From a virus, in the IMG/VR virus record IMGVR_UViG_3300032046_005540, positions 64,001 to 128,000 of that record: a stretch of DNA of 64,000 nucleotides. The stretch is one strand, 5' to 3'. Under the pieces are notes generated by a model that did no database searches, was not told the origin of the DNA, and was given only the letters and a program-made list of their open reading frames with translations. Positions 10,108-19,841 of this stretch are shown here, piece after piece. The translations under genes and the position numbers were made by a program. The stretch's first letter is position 1, and every line of letters begins with the position of its first letter.

Positions 10108-10196
10108 ATTACCTCCTAAAAATAGACTTCTATCTAATCTTATTATGAGACTTTTTTAATTTTTTTGAAACAAAAACAGACTTTGGCCCGTGTTCA

Positions 10197-10460
10197 CTAT
10201 TCTTCTTTATCGGCAACAACCTCAAGGCCTAGGAGAACATCAGAAGAAATTTGCAAGTACAAACATAGTTTCTTAAAAGTAGATAATGAAGGAATCTTTT
10301 GAAGACTTTCATATTCTCTTAAAAGATTTGGATCTTTATTCAGTATTTTCGCCATTTGAGCTTTAGTATGGTAAGGTGATCTCATTTGCATTCGGCGTTC
10401 TTTTAATAGTTCATTATCAAAAATTTTCCAACCGTCAAATTTATCTACAATTTTTTCCAT
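10197..10460 (-). CDS. XRE-family helix-turn-helix regulator
   Basis: LLKERR...TKAQMAKIL...LREYE...PSLSTFKKLCLYLQISSDVLLG. Confidence 0.8.
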   Translation of the reverse strand: MEKIVDKFDGWKIFDNELLKERRMQMRSPYHTKAQMAKILNKDPNLLREYESLQKIPSLSTFKKLCLYLQISSDVLLGLEVVADKEE

Positions 10461-11860
10461 TATTCAATCACTCCAGAATCTTCTTTGTAAGTATGTTTAT
10501 CAGCAGTAGAAATCTCAGGTTCTAAACACTCGTCTCTATTTTCTTCTCTTTGTCTAAATCCAGGAGTACCTTTCTTTTCTAACTTACTGAATTGTTTCAA
10601 AGTTTCAAAGGCTAAATTAAAATGACTTTGTTTCAAAATTACTTTATCATTTTCACCTAAAGAATTATCCTCAATAGCAAAACTCGAAGCAGTTATAATC
10701 AATTCTCTTAACAAAGCTCCAGTAAAACCTTTAGTCAAAACACTTAATTCTTTCCAATCAATATCTTCAGTTTTTAAATCTTTGCAAAAAACTTTAAGCA
10801 TTTTGAAACGTTCCTTATCTTCGGGCAAAGGTATTTTTATTACTCTATCAAATCTTCCAGGACGCTCTTTAATTGCTTTATCAAGCATTTCAGGGTAGTT
10901 AGTAGTCATTATAATCAACACTCCATTGTTTTCAACAAGACCATCTGCTTTATTAAGAAACTCTCCTAAAACTATTGAATTGTTGCCATATTCCCTAGAA
11001 GTTCCATAAAAATCAACATCTTCTAAAAACAAAATAGTAGGGGCAAGTTCATCTGCTAATTCAAATAACATATCAATGTGTGAAGTACGATCACTTTGAA
11101 AAAATTTAGGAGTAACCCAAACAAAAGTCACTCCTTCTGTTGTTGAAACTAAAACTTTTCCTAAAAGAGTTTTTCCAACTCCAGGATCGCCACATAACAA
11201 AATTCCTCTTTTTGCAGGAAGACCATTTTTTCGATATATTTCAAAATTTGCTAAATATCTTTCAATATTTCTTTTAATTTCTTCTTCTATATTCTTTGAT
11301 AAAATTATATCATCCCAAGTATAAACTCTTTTTAATTTTAAAAACCTTCCAAAAGGAGTGATCTTAGCCCCTTTTAAAAAATTCAAATATTTAACTTTAT
11401 CTTCTAAATCAGAAATAATTTGAGAGGCTTCTTCCTTATTTTCATTAGAAGAATAAACATAAACATAACCTGCATTACAACTTCTTTCAAAATCAATATT
11501 AACTACAAATTTTTTATTATTTTTAGTCAAAAAATAATTACCAACAGTAACTACATTAGCAGTTTCATCTTCACTTATTTCAACTTGTATTCTTTCAACT
11601 TCCATATCATAACCATCATAATCATAATTAAGTAATTGACTAACTACAAAATTCTTTTCTTTTAACAACTCTGGAAGGGAATAACAAACAATAGGCATTT
11701 TAAATTGAGAATATGTTTGTTTTGTAGAAAAAAGATTATCTAATTTAATTTCCAAAAAATCAATTACAAATTTGTTATGAGATTTGTAACGATGAAACGC
11801 CTCTTTCATAACTTTCTCAAACTCTTCTAAAGAAGCGTCTGTAAACTTTTTATTTTCCAT
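10460..11860 (-). CDS. AAA+ ATPase (FtsH/CDC48-like AAA domain)
   Basis: Walker A GDPGVGKT, Walker B LFLED, SRH TTNYPEMLDKAIKERPGRFD. Confidence 0.9.
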   Translation of the reverse strand: MENKKFTDASLEEFEKVMKEAFHRYKSHNKFVIDFLEIKLDNLFSTKQTYSQFKMPIVCYSLPELLKEKNFVVSQLLNYDYDGYDMEVERIQVEISEDETANVVTVGNYFLTKNNKKFVVNIDFERSCNAGYVYVYSSNENKEEASQIISDLEDKVKYLNFLKGAKITPFGRFLKLKRVYTWDDIILSKNIEEEIKRNIERYLANFEIYRKNGLPAKRGILLCGDPGVGKTLLGKVLVSTTEGVTFVWVTPKFFQSDRTSHIDMLFELADELAPTILFLEDVDFYGTSREYGNNSIVLGEFLNKADGLVENNGVLIIMTTNYPEMLDKAIKERPGRFDRVIKIPLPEDKERFKMLKVFCKDLKTEDIDWKELSVLTKGFTGALLRELIITASSFAIEDNSLGENDKVILKQSHFNLAFETLKQFSKLEKKGTPGFRQREENRDECLEPEISTADKHTYKEDSGVIE

Positions 11861-12248
11861 TATTCACCTCACTTCTCCAAACTATTGAACCTACTACCAA
11901 AAGAGATGCTTCTGTTAACAAAGGATTTACATAAACAAAAATTTTTGCAACATCAGTTATTGGAGCCTTTCCATCAAGGATTCTCTTTTGCCACACAAGA
12001 GGAATTTGGGTTTTTACTTTTGAAAAAACCTCTTTCAAAACTTCTTCATTAACAAAAATAGCAATAGGTTTCCTCTTTTGTTTTAACAAAAGAATCCTTT
12101 GTTTTGCCATAGCATTAAATAATTCTTCATTACTTAAAATAACATCTCTTGCTTCTTCGAAAAACATTTTTAAACAAACATCTTGTTGTTTCAGTTTTTC
12201 AAGTGTTTGTTTCTCAATCCAATTATTTAGTATTGGTATTTTTATCAT
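11850..12248 (-). CDS. Hypothetical protein
   Basis: ORF fits operon spacing; no motif recognised. Confidence 0.6.
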   Translation of the reverse strand: MIKIPILNNWIEKQTLEKLKQQDVCLKMFFEEARDVILSNEELFNAMAKQRILLLKQKRKPIAIFVNEEVLKEVFSKVKTQIPLVWQKRILDGKAPITDVAKIFVYVNPLLTEASLLVVGSIVWRSEVNNGK

Positions 12249-12355
12249 TATCTCTCTCCGCAGATTATAATAGTTTTCAACTTTTCTTTTACAATCTTTG
12301 CATTATTTAAAATATCATCCTCTCATTTTTAGAACAATAATTCCGAATAATATTT

Positions 12356-12766
12356 TTATTCATCTTTTTTTCTTAACTCTTCTAAACGTTGATCAATTAA
12401 TTCAATTATTTCATTTGCAAATTTTTCATCCTGAAATAGAAGATTTAACAGCGTCACAAATTTTTTAACTAAATCTTCATCACAAACAGTCACAATCGTG
12501 CTTTTATCTCCGACTATTCTTTCAAAATGTATCCAAGGTTTATTATGTTCTTTTGCTAATTTTTTAGTTTCATATGCTCTTGTTATTATAGAATTTTTTC
12601 TTCTTGTCTTTCCTTCTACAACAGCATATTTATATAAAATATCTCCTAAACGTTTTCTTCCACTATCGTCCCTGTTGTTTTGCCCCGAAAGCGGATTTCG
12701 ATGGACGTTAAACCACTGACCGATTTGTTCTTCAAAAGACTTAAATATTGTATTTCGTTTTGCCAT
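12356..12766 (-). CDS. Holliday junction resolvase-like PD-(D/E)xK nuclease
   Basis: SFEEQI...RNPLSG...GDI...VVEGK pattern. Confidence 0.65.
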   Translation of the reverse strand: MAKRNTIFKSFEEQIGQWFNVHRNPLSGQNNRDDSGRKRLGDILYKYAVVEGKTRRKNSIITRAYETKKLAKEHNKPWIHFERIVGDKSTIVTVCDEDLVKKFVTLLNLLFQDEKFANEIIELIDQRLEELRKKDE

Positions 12767-13475
12767 TATTCAACTCCAAAGTAATTCTTTGATTTGTTAT
12801 TTCAATAGCTTTCTCACTAATATCAACTCCAATATAATTTCTTTTACTTCTTATTGCGGCAATAATAGAACTTCCAGAACCTACAAAAGGATCTAATACT
12901 AAATCTCCTTCATTTGAAGAAGATATAATCATTCTATAAAATAATTCAACAGGTTTTTGAGTATCATAAACAGTTTTAATATCTAAATTTTTATAATTTG
13001 TTTGACACGCAGTAATCTTCCAAACATCAATTTGTTCAATATTATTATCTTTAGCTTTCTCTTTAACATTAATATCAAAATTTTCTTTTGCAAAAAAGAA
13101 AACAGGCTGATAACTATATTCCCATCTTTTTGAACTCCAAGACCTTCTTGCAATATTAGGTTGGTGCCAAATAATCAAATTTTTAAAATGCCAATATTTT
13201 TTATCAAGTCCAGATAATATTTCATAAGCTTTCCACATTCGTAAATGATTAAAACACATATACAAAGCTCCAGTATCTTTTAAAACTCTATACATTTCAA
13301 AAAACCACTTACTAAAGTTTTCCCAATAAACATTTTCCTCAACTTCTTCTCCAGGAAAACTTTTACCACAATGTTGTGGAGGGTCAGTAACTATTAAGTC
13401 AATGCTTTTAGAAGGTATTTGATTTGCAACATCAAACCAATCACCTAAAATTATAGTGTTTGTAATATTATTCAT
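12741..13475 (-). CDS. DNA amino-methyltransferase (beta class, N6/N4) with atypical DPPQ motif
   Basis: DLIVTDPPQ near N-terminus; TQKPVEL; VLDPFVGSGS. Confidence 0.85.
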   Translation of the reverse strand: MNNITNTIILGDWFDVANQIPSKSIDLIVTDPPQHCGKSFPGEEVEENVYWENFSKWFFEMYRVLKDTGALYMCFNHLRMWKAYEILSGLDKKYWHFKNLIIWHQPNIARRSWSSKRWEYSYQPVFFFAKENFDINVKEKAKDNNIEQIDVWKITACQTNYKNLDIKTVYDTQKPVELFYRMIISSSNEGDLVLDPFVGSGSSIIAAIRSKRNYIGVDISEKAIEITNQRITLELNNGKTKYNI

Positions 13476-13481
13476 TTTATT

Positions 13482-13688
13482 TTACTCTTTCAACCATTTA
13501 ACAGAGTTTCTAATATGAACGATAAGATAAGCAGCCACACAAGGTGCCAATCCCCACTGTTTATCAATAACAACATAAATAATCCAAGCTATTTGAGTTA
13601 TAATTCCTACAATTGGAGCCCAACGCCACTTATTACCCATTAAAATTAAAACAAAAACACTTAATGTTCCTGCTATCCAACTCCACAT
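13482..13688 (-). CDS. Small membrane protein (PnuC-like)
   Basis: Three hydrophobic segments, Trp-rich. Confidence 0.5.
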   Translation of the reverse strand: MWSWIAGTLSVFVLILMGNKWRWAPIVGIITQIAWIIYVVIDKQWGLAPCVAAYLIVHIRNSVKWLKE

Positions 13689-13690
13689 TA

Positions 13691-14335
13691 TTAACTCCTT
13701 ACTTTACTTTCTCCATTTTCATTTAAACTAACTTCGAATATCTTTGACGCATATTCTGAAAGGATATTATCGTGTGTAATTAAAATGATTTGCCTTCCAA
13801 ATGTTTTTGATAATTCTACCAAAAACTTTCCAAAATTGGGGATATACTGAGAGGAAATCATCTTCCCTGGCTCGTCAAGGAATAGAGGGCCTGAAATCTT
13901 TGAAAGCTCTAAAACTATTAATCTTAAAATTACAGACACTATATCCACTATACCTCCTCCATAAGTATTAAGAATATTTCCCATAATTTTCTTTCCACTA
14001 TCTTCCCATTCTAAATAAAAGTCAGCTTCAATTTGATTTCTACGAGAAACAAAATCAACTACAAATGTTATAGTTGGATCTTCGAATACAGAGCGCAATC
14101 CATGAGTGACCAATGTTTCAATTTCATCTTTAATCTTTTTTCGAGCAATAACACTTGCTTTTTCAAACAAAAGATTTACTTGCTTATAAACTTCTACTTT
14201 CTCTTCACTTTCTTTAAGAAAGTTTGTAATGTTTTCGAGAGATTTTTTCTTCTCTTCAAAACGTCCTTTTATACGTTCTAAAGCTAAAAATTCATCATTA
14301 AGAGAATTCTTTACTCGATTAAACTTATTTTCCAT
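13691..14335 (-). CDS. Rad50/SbcC-like ABC ATPase, C-terminal half
   Basis: Signature-like YGGG, Walker B LFLDEP, H-loop ILITH; no Walker A. Confidence 0.8.
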   Translation of the reverse strand: MENKFNRVKNSLNDEFLALERIKGRFEEKKKSLENITNFLKESEEKVEVYKQVNLLFEKASVIARKKIKDEIETLVTHGLRSVFEDPTITFVVDFVSRRNQIEADFYLEWEDSGKKIMGNILNTYGGGIVDIVSVILRLIVLELSKISGPLFLDEPGKMISSQYIPNFGKFLVELSKTFGRQIILITHDNILSEYASKIFEVSLNENGESKVRS

Positions 14336-14570
14336 TTTTAATTTCCGAAAGTTTAGTTTCGATTTCAGATAGTTGAGAACTTATAGAATCTTCAAGTTTC
14401 TTTATTTCTGTTGCTAAATCCTCAGGAGTATAACCTAATTCTTTAATACGAGCAACTAATTCATCTCGTTGTTGCCTTAAAACTTTTAATTGTTCTTCTT
14501 TTCGAATTTTTTCAGATTTCAATTCTTCTACATTTGTTTTAAGTTTTTTTAACTTTTCGTGACTATCCAT
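14325..14570 (-). CDS. Coiled-coil protein (possible SbcC middle fragment)
   Basis: Heptad-rich 81 aa, overlapping the start of the SbcC C-terminal gene. Confidence 0.55.
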   Translation of the reverse strand: MDSHEKLKKLKTNVEELKSEKIRKEEQLKVLRQQRDELVARIKELGYTPEDLATEIKKLEDSISSQLSEIETKLSEIKNGK

Positions 14571-14585
14571 TTTTATTCTCCTTTT

Positions 14586-14768
14586 TTAAGCACAAATCAT
14601 TCCCGTTTTTCCCCAATTAGCAACTACAATCTTCAGATCTTCCTTCGCCCTTTCTATATTTTTATTAGCTTTATCTTGACAAATATGCATTTCTTTTAAA
14701 GAGTGAGTAGAGAATAATTTATTACAAATAGGGCAATTATCAATCGTACTCGGATCTCTTCTCCACAT
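14586..14768 (-). CDS. Small Zn-finger hypothetical protein
   Basis: CPIC...H...C. Confidence 0.45.
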   Translation of the reverse strand: MWRRDPSTIDNCPICNKLFSTHSLKEMHICQDKANKNIERAKEDLKIVVANWGKTGMICA

Positions 14769-14773
14769 AAATC

Positions 14774-15445
14774 TTATTCCTCCTTTATTAAACTTAAAAA
14801 AGCTTCTTTACCATTTTTCAAAACAAAACTATCAGGATCTTCACCTTCTGATAATTCAATATTTATTGCTTTTATTCCTATTCCTTGCAAATTAGTAATT
14901 GTTTTTTTTGCTGCTTTCTTTCCAGCAGCATCTGAATCAAATACAACAATAACTTTATCAATATATCGACACAACAATCTTGCTTGATCCACAGTAAAAG
15001 AAGAACCACTTAATCCTACAACATTAGTAATTCCTTCCTGAAACAACCTTAAAACATCAAACTGACCTTCAACCAAAATACCAAACTCTAATTCTTTTAT
15101 TTTATCCCGAGATTGAAATAAACCATACAATATCCTACCTTTTTGAAAAATGGGAGACTCTTTTGAATTTCTATATTTTGGAGATTCATCAGAAATAGTT
15201 CTACCTGTAAAACCTACAACATTACCATAAACATCAAAAAAAGGAAAAATTAAACGATTACTCAAATGCCATTCATATAAAGAATTTTCAGGAGCATATC
15301 CTATTTTAAAAGTTTTAATTGTTTCTTCACTAATCTTTCTACTTTCAAGATAATCCAAAACTTTTTTTGATTTAAATAATTCTTGTTGAAAGTATTCTAA
15401 AGCTTTTTCGTTTGTAGCTATTAAATGTTCTATTTCTTTATTCAT
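14774..15445 (-). CDS. dnaG: DnaG primase catalytic core (TOPRIM) without Zn-binding domain
   Basis: RLIFP, GFTGR, PKYRNS, LVEGQFD, FDSDAAG, GEDPD. Confidence 0.9.
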   Translation of the reverse strand: MNKEIEHLIATNEKALEYFQQELFKSKKVLDYLESRKISEETIKTFKIGYAPENSLYEWHLSNRLIFPFFDVYGNVVGFTGRTISDESPKYRNSKESPIFQKGRILYGLFQSRDKIKELEFGILVEGQFDVLRLFQEGITNVVGLSGSSFTVDQARLLCRYIDKVIVVFDSDAAGKKAAKKTITNLQGIGIKAINIELSEGEDPDSFVLKNGKEAFLSLIKEE

Positions 15446-15569
15446 CTTTTACTTTTTCTCAATATTAAAATTATTTTTTAAAAATTTACCTTGAGATATA
15501 CTTAAAATAATCCCTATAACTACAGCACATCCCATTCCTATAAAATAAACCCAAGAAAGAGTATTCATT

Positions 15570-16517
15570 TTAATTTTCCTCCAGTTTGTTTTTTATTTCA
15601 TCCACTAAAGTTAAAGCTTCTTTAATAACTTCATCACTTACATTATCTTCTTTTGCTAACTTTAAGATCAATCCTTTTAAATCTTGTTCTTCTAAATCTT
15701 CAGTTCTCTTTGAAAGAACTTTCATAAAGTCTAAAATTCTCTCAGATGTTTCATTACCCAATTTAACAACATTTCTAAAAACATCCTTAGAAGGTTTTGC
15801 ACACGTTAAAGGAACTATTTGATAATCTATATCTTTTCCTTCTATATTTAAAATAACAACTGAAGGAGAGAAAATCCTCTCAATATTTTCAACTCTTCCT
15901 AAAGAACCAGGGTTAATAAACAAAGTTCCATTCACTCTTTGAGGTTCCCATCCAGGGTGAAAATGCCCAGATAAAAATAAATCAGCCTCAGTCTTTATAT
16001 CCTTTATCAAAGTATATTCATCAAAAAAAGGTTTATCAACAACCATTCCATGAACCACCTCTATCAAAACAGAATCCTTATCATTTTTTTCTAAAGAATA
16101 GTTTTTAGGATTTTCATCTAATCTATAAGAATGGTTTATACCAACTGCAAAAATATTTGGTGAAAGCTCAGTTGGAATAGATTCTAAAGGATCAATTACA
16201 TCAGCTGCAATCAATACTCCTAAAGCAGTCCTTGAAATAGTATGTTCATTATAGGCTATAGTATCATGAGAACCGGCGACACAAAATATAGGAACTTCCC
16301 AAGATTTAAAAATCTTTATATATTCCGATATAAGAGATTTCGAAGTATCAGGACTATGAAATATATCTCCTCCATGAATTACAACATTAATATTTTGATC
16401 CTTAATAATTTGTCCTATTTCAAAATGTTTTTCTTTCAACGCTTCTGGATAATCATCTTTACGACTACAAGGATTATTACCTCTTATATGAGAATCAGTA
16501 AGAAATAAAATTTTCAC
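15570..16517 (-). CDS. sbcD: Mre11/SbcD-like metallophosphoesterase nuclease
   Basis: DSH, GGDIFH, GSHD, SGHFH, NPGSL motifs; lies among the SbcC parts. Confidence 0.85.
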   Translation of the reverse strand: MKILFLTDSHIRGNNPCSRKDDYPEALKEKHFEIGQIIKDQNINVVIHGGDIFHSPDTSKSLISEYIKIFKSWEVPIFCVAGSHDTIAYNEHTISRTALGVLIAADVIDPLESIPTELSPNIFAVGINHSYRLDENPKNYSLEKNDKDSVLIEVVHGMVVDKPFFDEYTLIKDIKTEADLFLSGHFHPGWEPQRVNGTLFINPGSLGRVENIERIFSPSVVILNIEGKDIDYQIVPLTCAKPSKDVFRNVVKLGNETSERILDFMKVLSKRTEDLEEQDLKGLILKLAKEDNVSDEVIKEALTLVDEIKNKLEEN

Positions 16518-16521
16518 TTAT

Positions 16522-16683
16522 TTATCCTTTTCTCTCATTTTGTTCCATTTGATAATCATCTTCAGAATCAATAGCCCGAACAATTTTCGCAATATAATTA
16601 GCTAAAATTTTTATTTTTTTGTTTTTATCATCACAAAGTTTTAATAAATTTTCTAACTCTTCTGTGGATTCTTCTATATACAT
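16522..16683 (-). CDS. Small hypothetical protein (53 aa)
   Basis: Manual translation MYIEESTEELENLLKL...; fills the intergenic gap. Confidence 0.4.
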   Translation of the reverse strand: MYIEESTEELENLLKLCDDKNKKIKILANYIAKIVRAIDSEDDYQMEQNERKG

Positions 16684-16687
16684 ACAT

Positions 16688-17314
16688 TTATTCCTCATAT
16701 TTTAATTCCATTCCAAAAGTATCAACCTTTGTTACTAACTCTTTTCTTGACGCAAAATAATCAGCCATATACACTATCAATTCTGGAATAGTATATTTTT
16801 CTATAGGTTTCTTAGCTATATCTGGTCCCCAAAAAGCCATATGGTATTTTATTAAATTAAAAATTTCTTGTTGCCAAAAGGTTACCTCTTCATTAGGAAA
16901 AGTTTCTTTATAATGTTGTTCAACTAATATTGGGTGATCTTCATAAGTCTTATAATCACTTTGCCCTTTACCTCCTTTGAAACCATCATGTAAAATACAA
17001 GAAGCAATTATATTATCAGACATTTCAATATTATTAGCTCCTAAACCTTCCTCTCTATATTTAAAAGCTTGCATAAATCTAATTGCAAACCATACAACAC
17101 GTTTTGTATGTATTAATAATCCACTTCTTACATTAGAACAAACTGGATGATATTTACCAGTAGTAGATGTAGGTCGAGTCCAAAAATGTTCTGGAAATAT
17201 TCCTAATACTTTCTTAACCCACTCTCTTTTTTCTTCGTTTTTAATTAATGCTAAAGTTTTTTCAAAAACTTTTTCTTTACTTTGTTTTGCTAGTTTCATT
17301 TTACTCCTATACAA
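16688..17314 (-). CDS. HD-domain phosphohydrolase
   Basis: KYH...GLLIHTKRV...ILHD...H...YH...ADY. Confidence 0.8.
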   Translation of the reverse strand: MYRSKMKLAKQSKEKVFEKTLALIKNEEKREWVKKVLGIFPEHFWTRPTSTTGKYHPVCSNVRSGLLIHTKRVVWFAIRFMQAFKYREEGLGANNIEMSDNIIASCILHDGFKGGKGQSDYKTYEDHPILVEQHYKETFPNEEVTFWQQEIFNLIKYHMAFWGPDIAKKPIEKYTIPELIVYMADYFASRKELVTKVDTFGMELKYEE

Positions 17315-18449
17315 AACTTTTTATAATATTTTCAGATAATTCCTGTCCGCAGGTTGGACAAACTTTCAACTCAATCAGGAAAGATTGTAACTCATTTATT
17401 TTTGTATCAATACTTCCATCTAACGTTTTTATATTTTTTTCATATTCTTTAACTTTTTCAAAAACTACTAATTGTTTTTCTAAACTTTGTAAATTTTCTA
17501 ACTGACCTAAGCCTGTTTTAACAGAATCAAAAGTTATTTCAAAATCATCTAAAGATTTTAATTTATTTAGTTCATTTTGTAATGTTTTTTCTTTACTATC
17601 AAGAACATTTATATTTGTATACAAAGTCTTAATTTCTTGCAAAGAACTACAAACTTCTTCTACTTTATCAAAAGATATACTATCAACCTTTTTAAGACTT
17701 TCTAATTCTTTTTTAACAACTTTACCTTCATTTACTACTTTTTTTAAATTACTTTCTAATCTTTGTAATTCTTCAACCAAACTAAGATTTTTTTCAACCT
17801 CATCTAAACCTTGTTTTAATCCTTTTAAATCTTGTTCTCTCTTTTCAATATCAATAAATTCTGATAACTCCTTTTCTAATATTTCAACTTTTTCATTACC
17901 ATCTTTAATATCATTAGATAACTTTCTTAAATTTTTATTTACCTGAACAATAGCACTATCTAAAATATCAACTCCAGATAACTTTCCTAATACTCTTGCT
18001 TTTAAAGAAGGAGGAGAAGATAATAGAAAAGGACCTTCAAGTTGATCTGCGAAATTTAAATCAATTTTTGAGTTGTCAAATTCAACTTCAGGCATTTTCA
18101 ATGTTCTAATAACTTCAAGAGGAATTTCTTTTCCAAACTTAGCAAACAGTTCTCCATTTAAAGTATATTCATTTGTTTTAGTTTCTCCGGTAGAAGATGC
18201 AACAATTCGCCTTTCTATAGCATCCTTTTCAGTTTCAATACTAATAATACATTCATTTGCATCAACATTTACAAAATTATTTCCACTTGGAGAATCCCTT
18301 ATTACTTTTTTCAATGCTCTTAAAATAGATGACTTTCCAGAATTAGTTGGCCCTACAATAATATTCAAACCTTCATCAAATTCTAAAGTAGTATCTTTGT
18401 GAGATTGAAAATTTTTAATTTGTAATTTTTTTATTTTCATATTATACAA
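17307..18449 (-). CDS. Rad50/SbcC-like ATPase, N-terminal half ending in Zn hook
   Basis: IKNFQSH, Walker A GPTNSGKSS, Q-loop ADQ, coiled coil, terminal CPTCG. Confidence 0.85.
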   Translation of the reverse strand: MYNMKIKKLQIKNFQSHKDTTLEFDEGLNIIVGPTNSGKSSILRALKKVIRDSPSGNNFVNVDANECIISIETEKDAIERRIVASSTGETKTNEYTLNGELFAKFGKEIPLEVIRTLKMPEVEFDNSKIDLNFADQLEGPFLLSSPPSLKARVLGKLSGVDILDSAIVQVNKNLRKLSNDIKDGNEKVEILEKELSEFIDIEKREQDLKGLKQGLDEVEKNLSLVEELQRLESNLKKVVNEGKVVKKELESLKKVDSISFDKVEEVCSSLQEIKTLYTNINVLDSKEKTLQNELNKLKSLDDFEITFDSVKTGLGQLENLQSLEKQLVVFEKVKEYEKNIKTLDGSIDTKINELQSFLIELKVCPTCGQELSENIIKSFV

Positions 18450-19231
18450 TTAAATAATTTTTTTATTCTTTCTTTTTCTTCCCTGTTTAAATCTAACATC
18501 ACTATCAACTTTAAATATTTATAACCCATATTATCTAACAATTTTCTCCTATCTTTATAATATTCCTCATGACTACGCTTTTCAAAAAGCCAATTACAAG
18601 GATGGTACTCTAAAACTATCTCATCGTTTATAATAAAATCAAACCTTCCAAACTTTTTAACATTTACTTTTAAAACATCTCTTAACCAATAATAACAATC
18701 TCGTTCCTGAAGGGAAGCAAAAAATAAATTATTATCTGAATAACAAGCAATTCCAAAACCAGTTCCAATAGTAGAAAGTAATTTATCTGATGGATTTTCC
18801 CAAACTTTTTTTAGTTTATAAGACATTTCTTCTCTATTCTTCGGATCTTTAAAATACTCTTTCATTTTACAAGAATGTTTTTCCCTATTTTTTGGATCTT
18901 TAAGATATTCCTTCATTCCATAAGATTGTTTTTCTCTTTCTTTTGGATTTTCATATCTTTTCTTTTGAGCAATAGATTGAGCAACAGATATCTTTTCTCT
19001 CATTTTAGGATCTTTCCATCTTTCTTTTATTGCTTTTCTTATTTTTTCTTTAGTTGCTTCAGATTTTGGACCTTTATTTAATCTTTTATTAGCATCACTT
19101 ACTCTTTTTAATCTTTCGTCAGTTTCTTTCGTTAATCCTGTATTCCAAGAAATACGCCCTTTATTACCACAACTTCTACATTTATTAGCATATTTACTAA
19201 TTTCTTTCCCACAACTTATACAAAAATTCAT
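18437..19231 (-). CDS. Free-standing endonuclease-like protein (Zn ribbon, NUMOD3, nuclease)
   Basis: CISC...CRSC; WNTGLTKETDER; C-terminus homologous to 5170-6207 (SLQERDCY...GRFDF...LEYH). Confidence 0.7.
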   Translation of the reverse strand: MNFCISCGKEISKYANKCRSCGNKGRISWNTGLTKETDERLKRVSDANKRLNKGPKSEATKEKIRKAIKERWKDPKMREKISVAQSIAQKKRYENPKEREKQSYGMKEYLKDPKNREKHSCKMKEYFKDPKNREEMSYKLKKVWENPSDKLLSTIGTGFGIACYSDNNLFFASLQERDCYYWLRDVLKVNVKKFGRFDFIINDEIVLEYHPCNWLFEKRSHEEYYKDRRKLLDNMGYKYLKLIVMLDLNREEKERIKKLFNCII

Positions 19232-19253
19232 ACTTATATTTACTCCTAAAAAA

Positions 19254-19337
19254 TGCTGGAGACCGGAATCGAACCGATACGGTTAAATAACCAAAGGATT
19301 TTAAGTCCTTCGTGTTTACCAATTTCACCACTCCAGC
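19254..19337 (-). tRNA. tRNA-Leu(UAA), CCA not encoded
   Basis: Reverse complement GCTGGAG...TGGTAAACAC GAAGGA CTTAAAA TCCTT, long variable arm, GGTTCGATTCC, CTCCAGC A. Confidence 0.92.
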
Positions 19338-19348
19338 AATATTCATTC

Positions 19349-19828
19349 TTAAAAATCAATATCATCATCCTTAATCGCAGACTTCTTCTTTTCTTCCTTC
19401 TTAGGCTCTTCTGCTTTCTTTTCAGACTTCTTTTCTTCAGTCTTCGGTTCTTCTTTAATCCGAGCAAGCTCGGCAGGTTTCAAAGGTCTTAACTTTACTA
19501 CATTATGATATTCTCCACTTTCTTCAACAAGAATACGACAGACCCGCCCAACCAAAATCTCAAAATCAAATACCTTCCCAATTTCAAGATCAAAATCCGG
19601 GTCAAGTACTAAAACCCATGTTGAAGTTTTATTATCAGGAGTCAATTTTTTACTTACCTGTCCAGTAACTTGCATTCCTTCATTCTCAGGATCATCGAGA
19701 ACTTCAAATGTAAAACGAACCAAAGGACCAAACTTACCCTCTTTTTCCTCTACCTTAACCAAACGAGCAGTAAAAGAACCTTCAGCAGCAAGCCAATCAT
19801 TCTTTTCGACTTCACTTTTAATTCCCAA
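19349..19828 (-). CDS. Putative single-stranded DNA-binding protein
   Basis: Likely TTG start after GGAGGTG RBS; beta-rich OB-like core; acidic tail DDDIDF; close to recA. Confidence 0.6.
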   Translation of the reverse strand: MGIKSEVEKNDWLAAEGSFTARLVKVEEKEGKFGPLVRFTFEVLDDPENEGMQVTGQVSKKLTPDNKTSTWVLVLDPDFDLEIGKVFDFEILVGRVCRILVEESGEYHNVVKLRPLKPAELARIKEEPKTEEKKSEKKAEEPKKEEKKKSAIKDDDIDF

Positions 19829-19841
19829 TTGTTTCACCTCC

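Noticed and set aside
19246-19492. ORFs 19246-19467 and 19253-19492
   Set aside because: They overlap the tRNA and the SSB-like gene; shadow ORFs.
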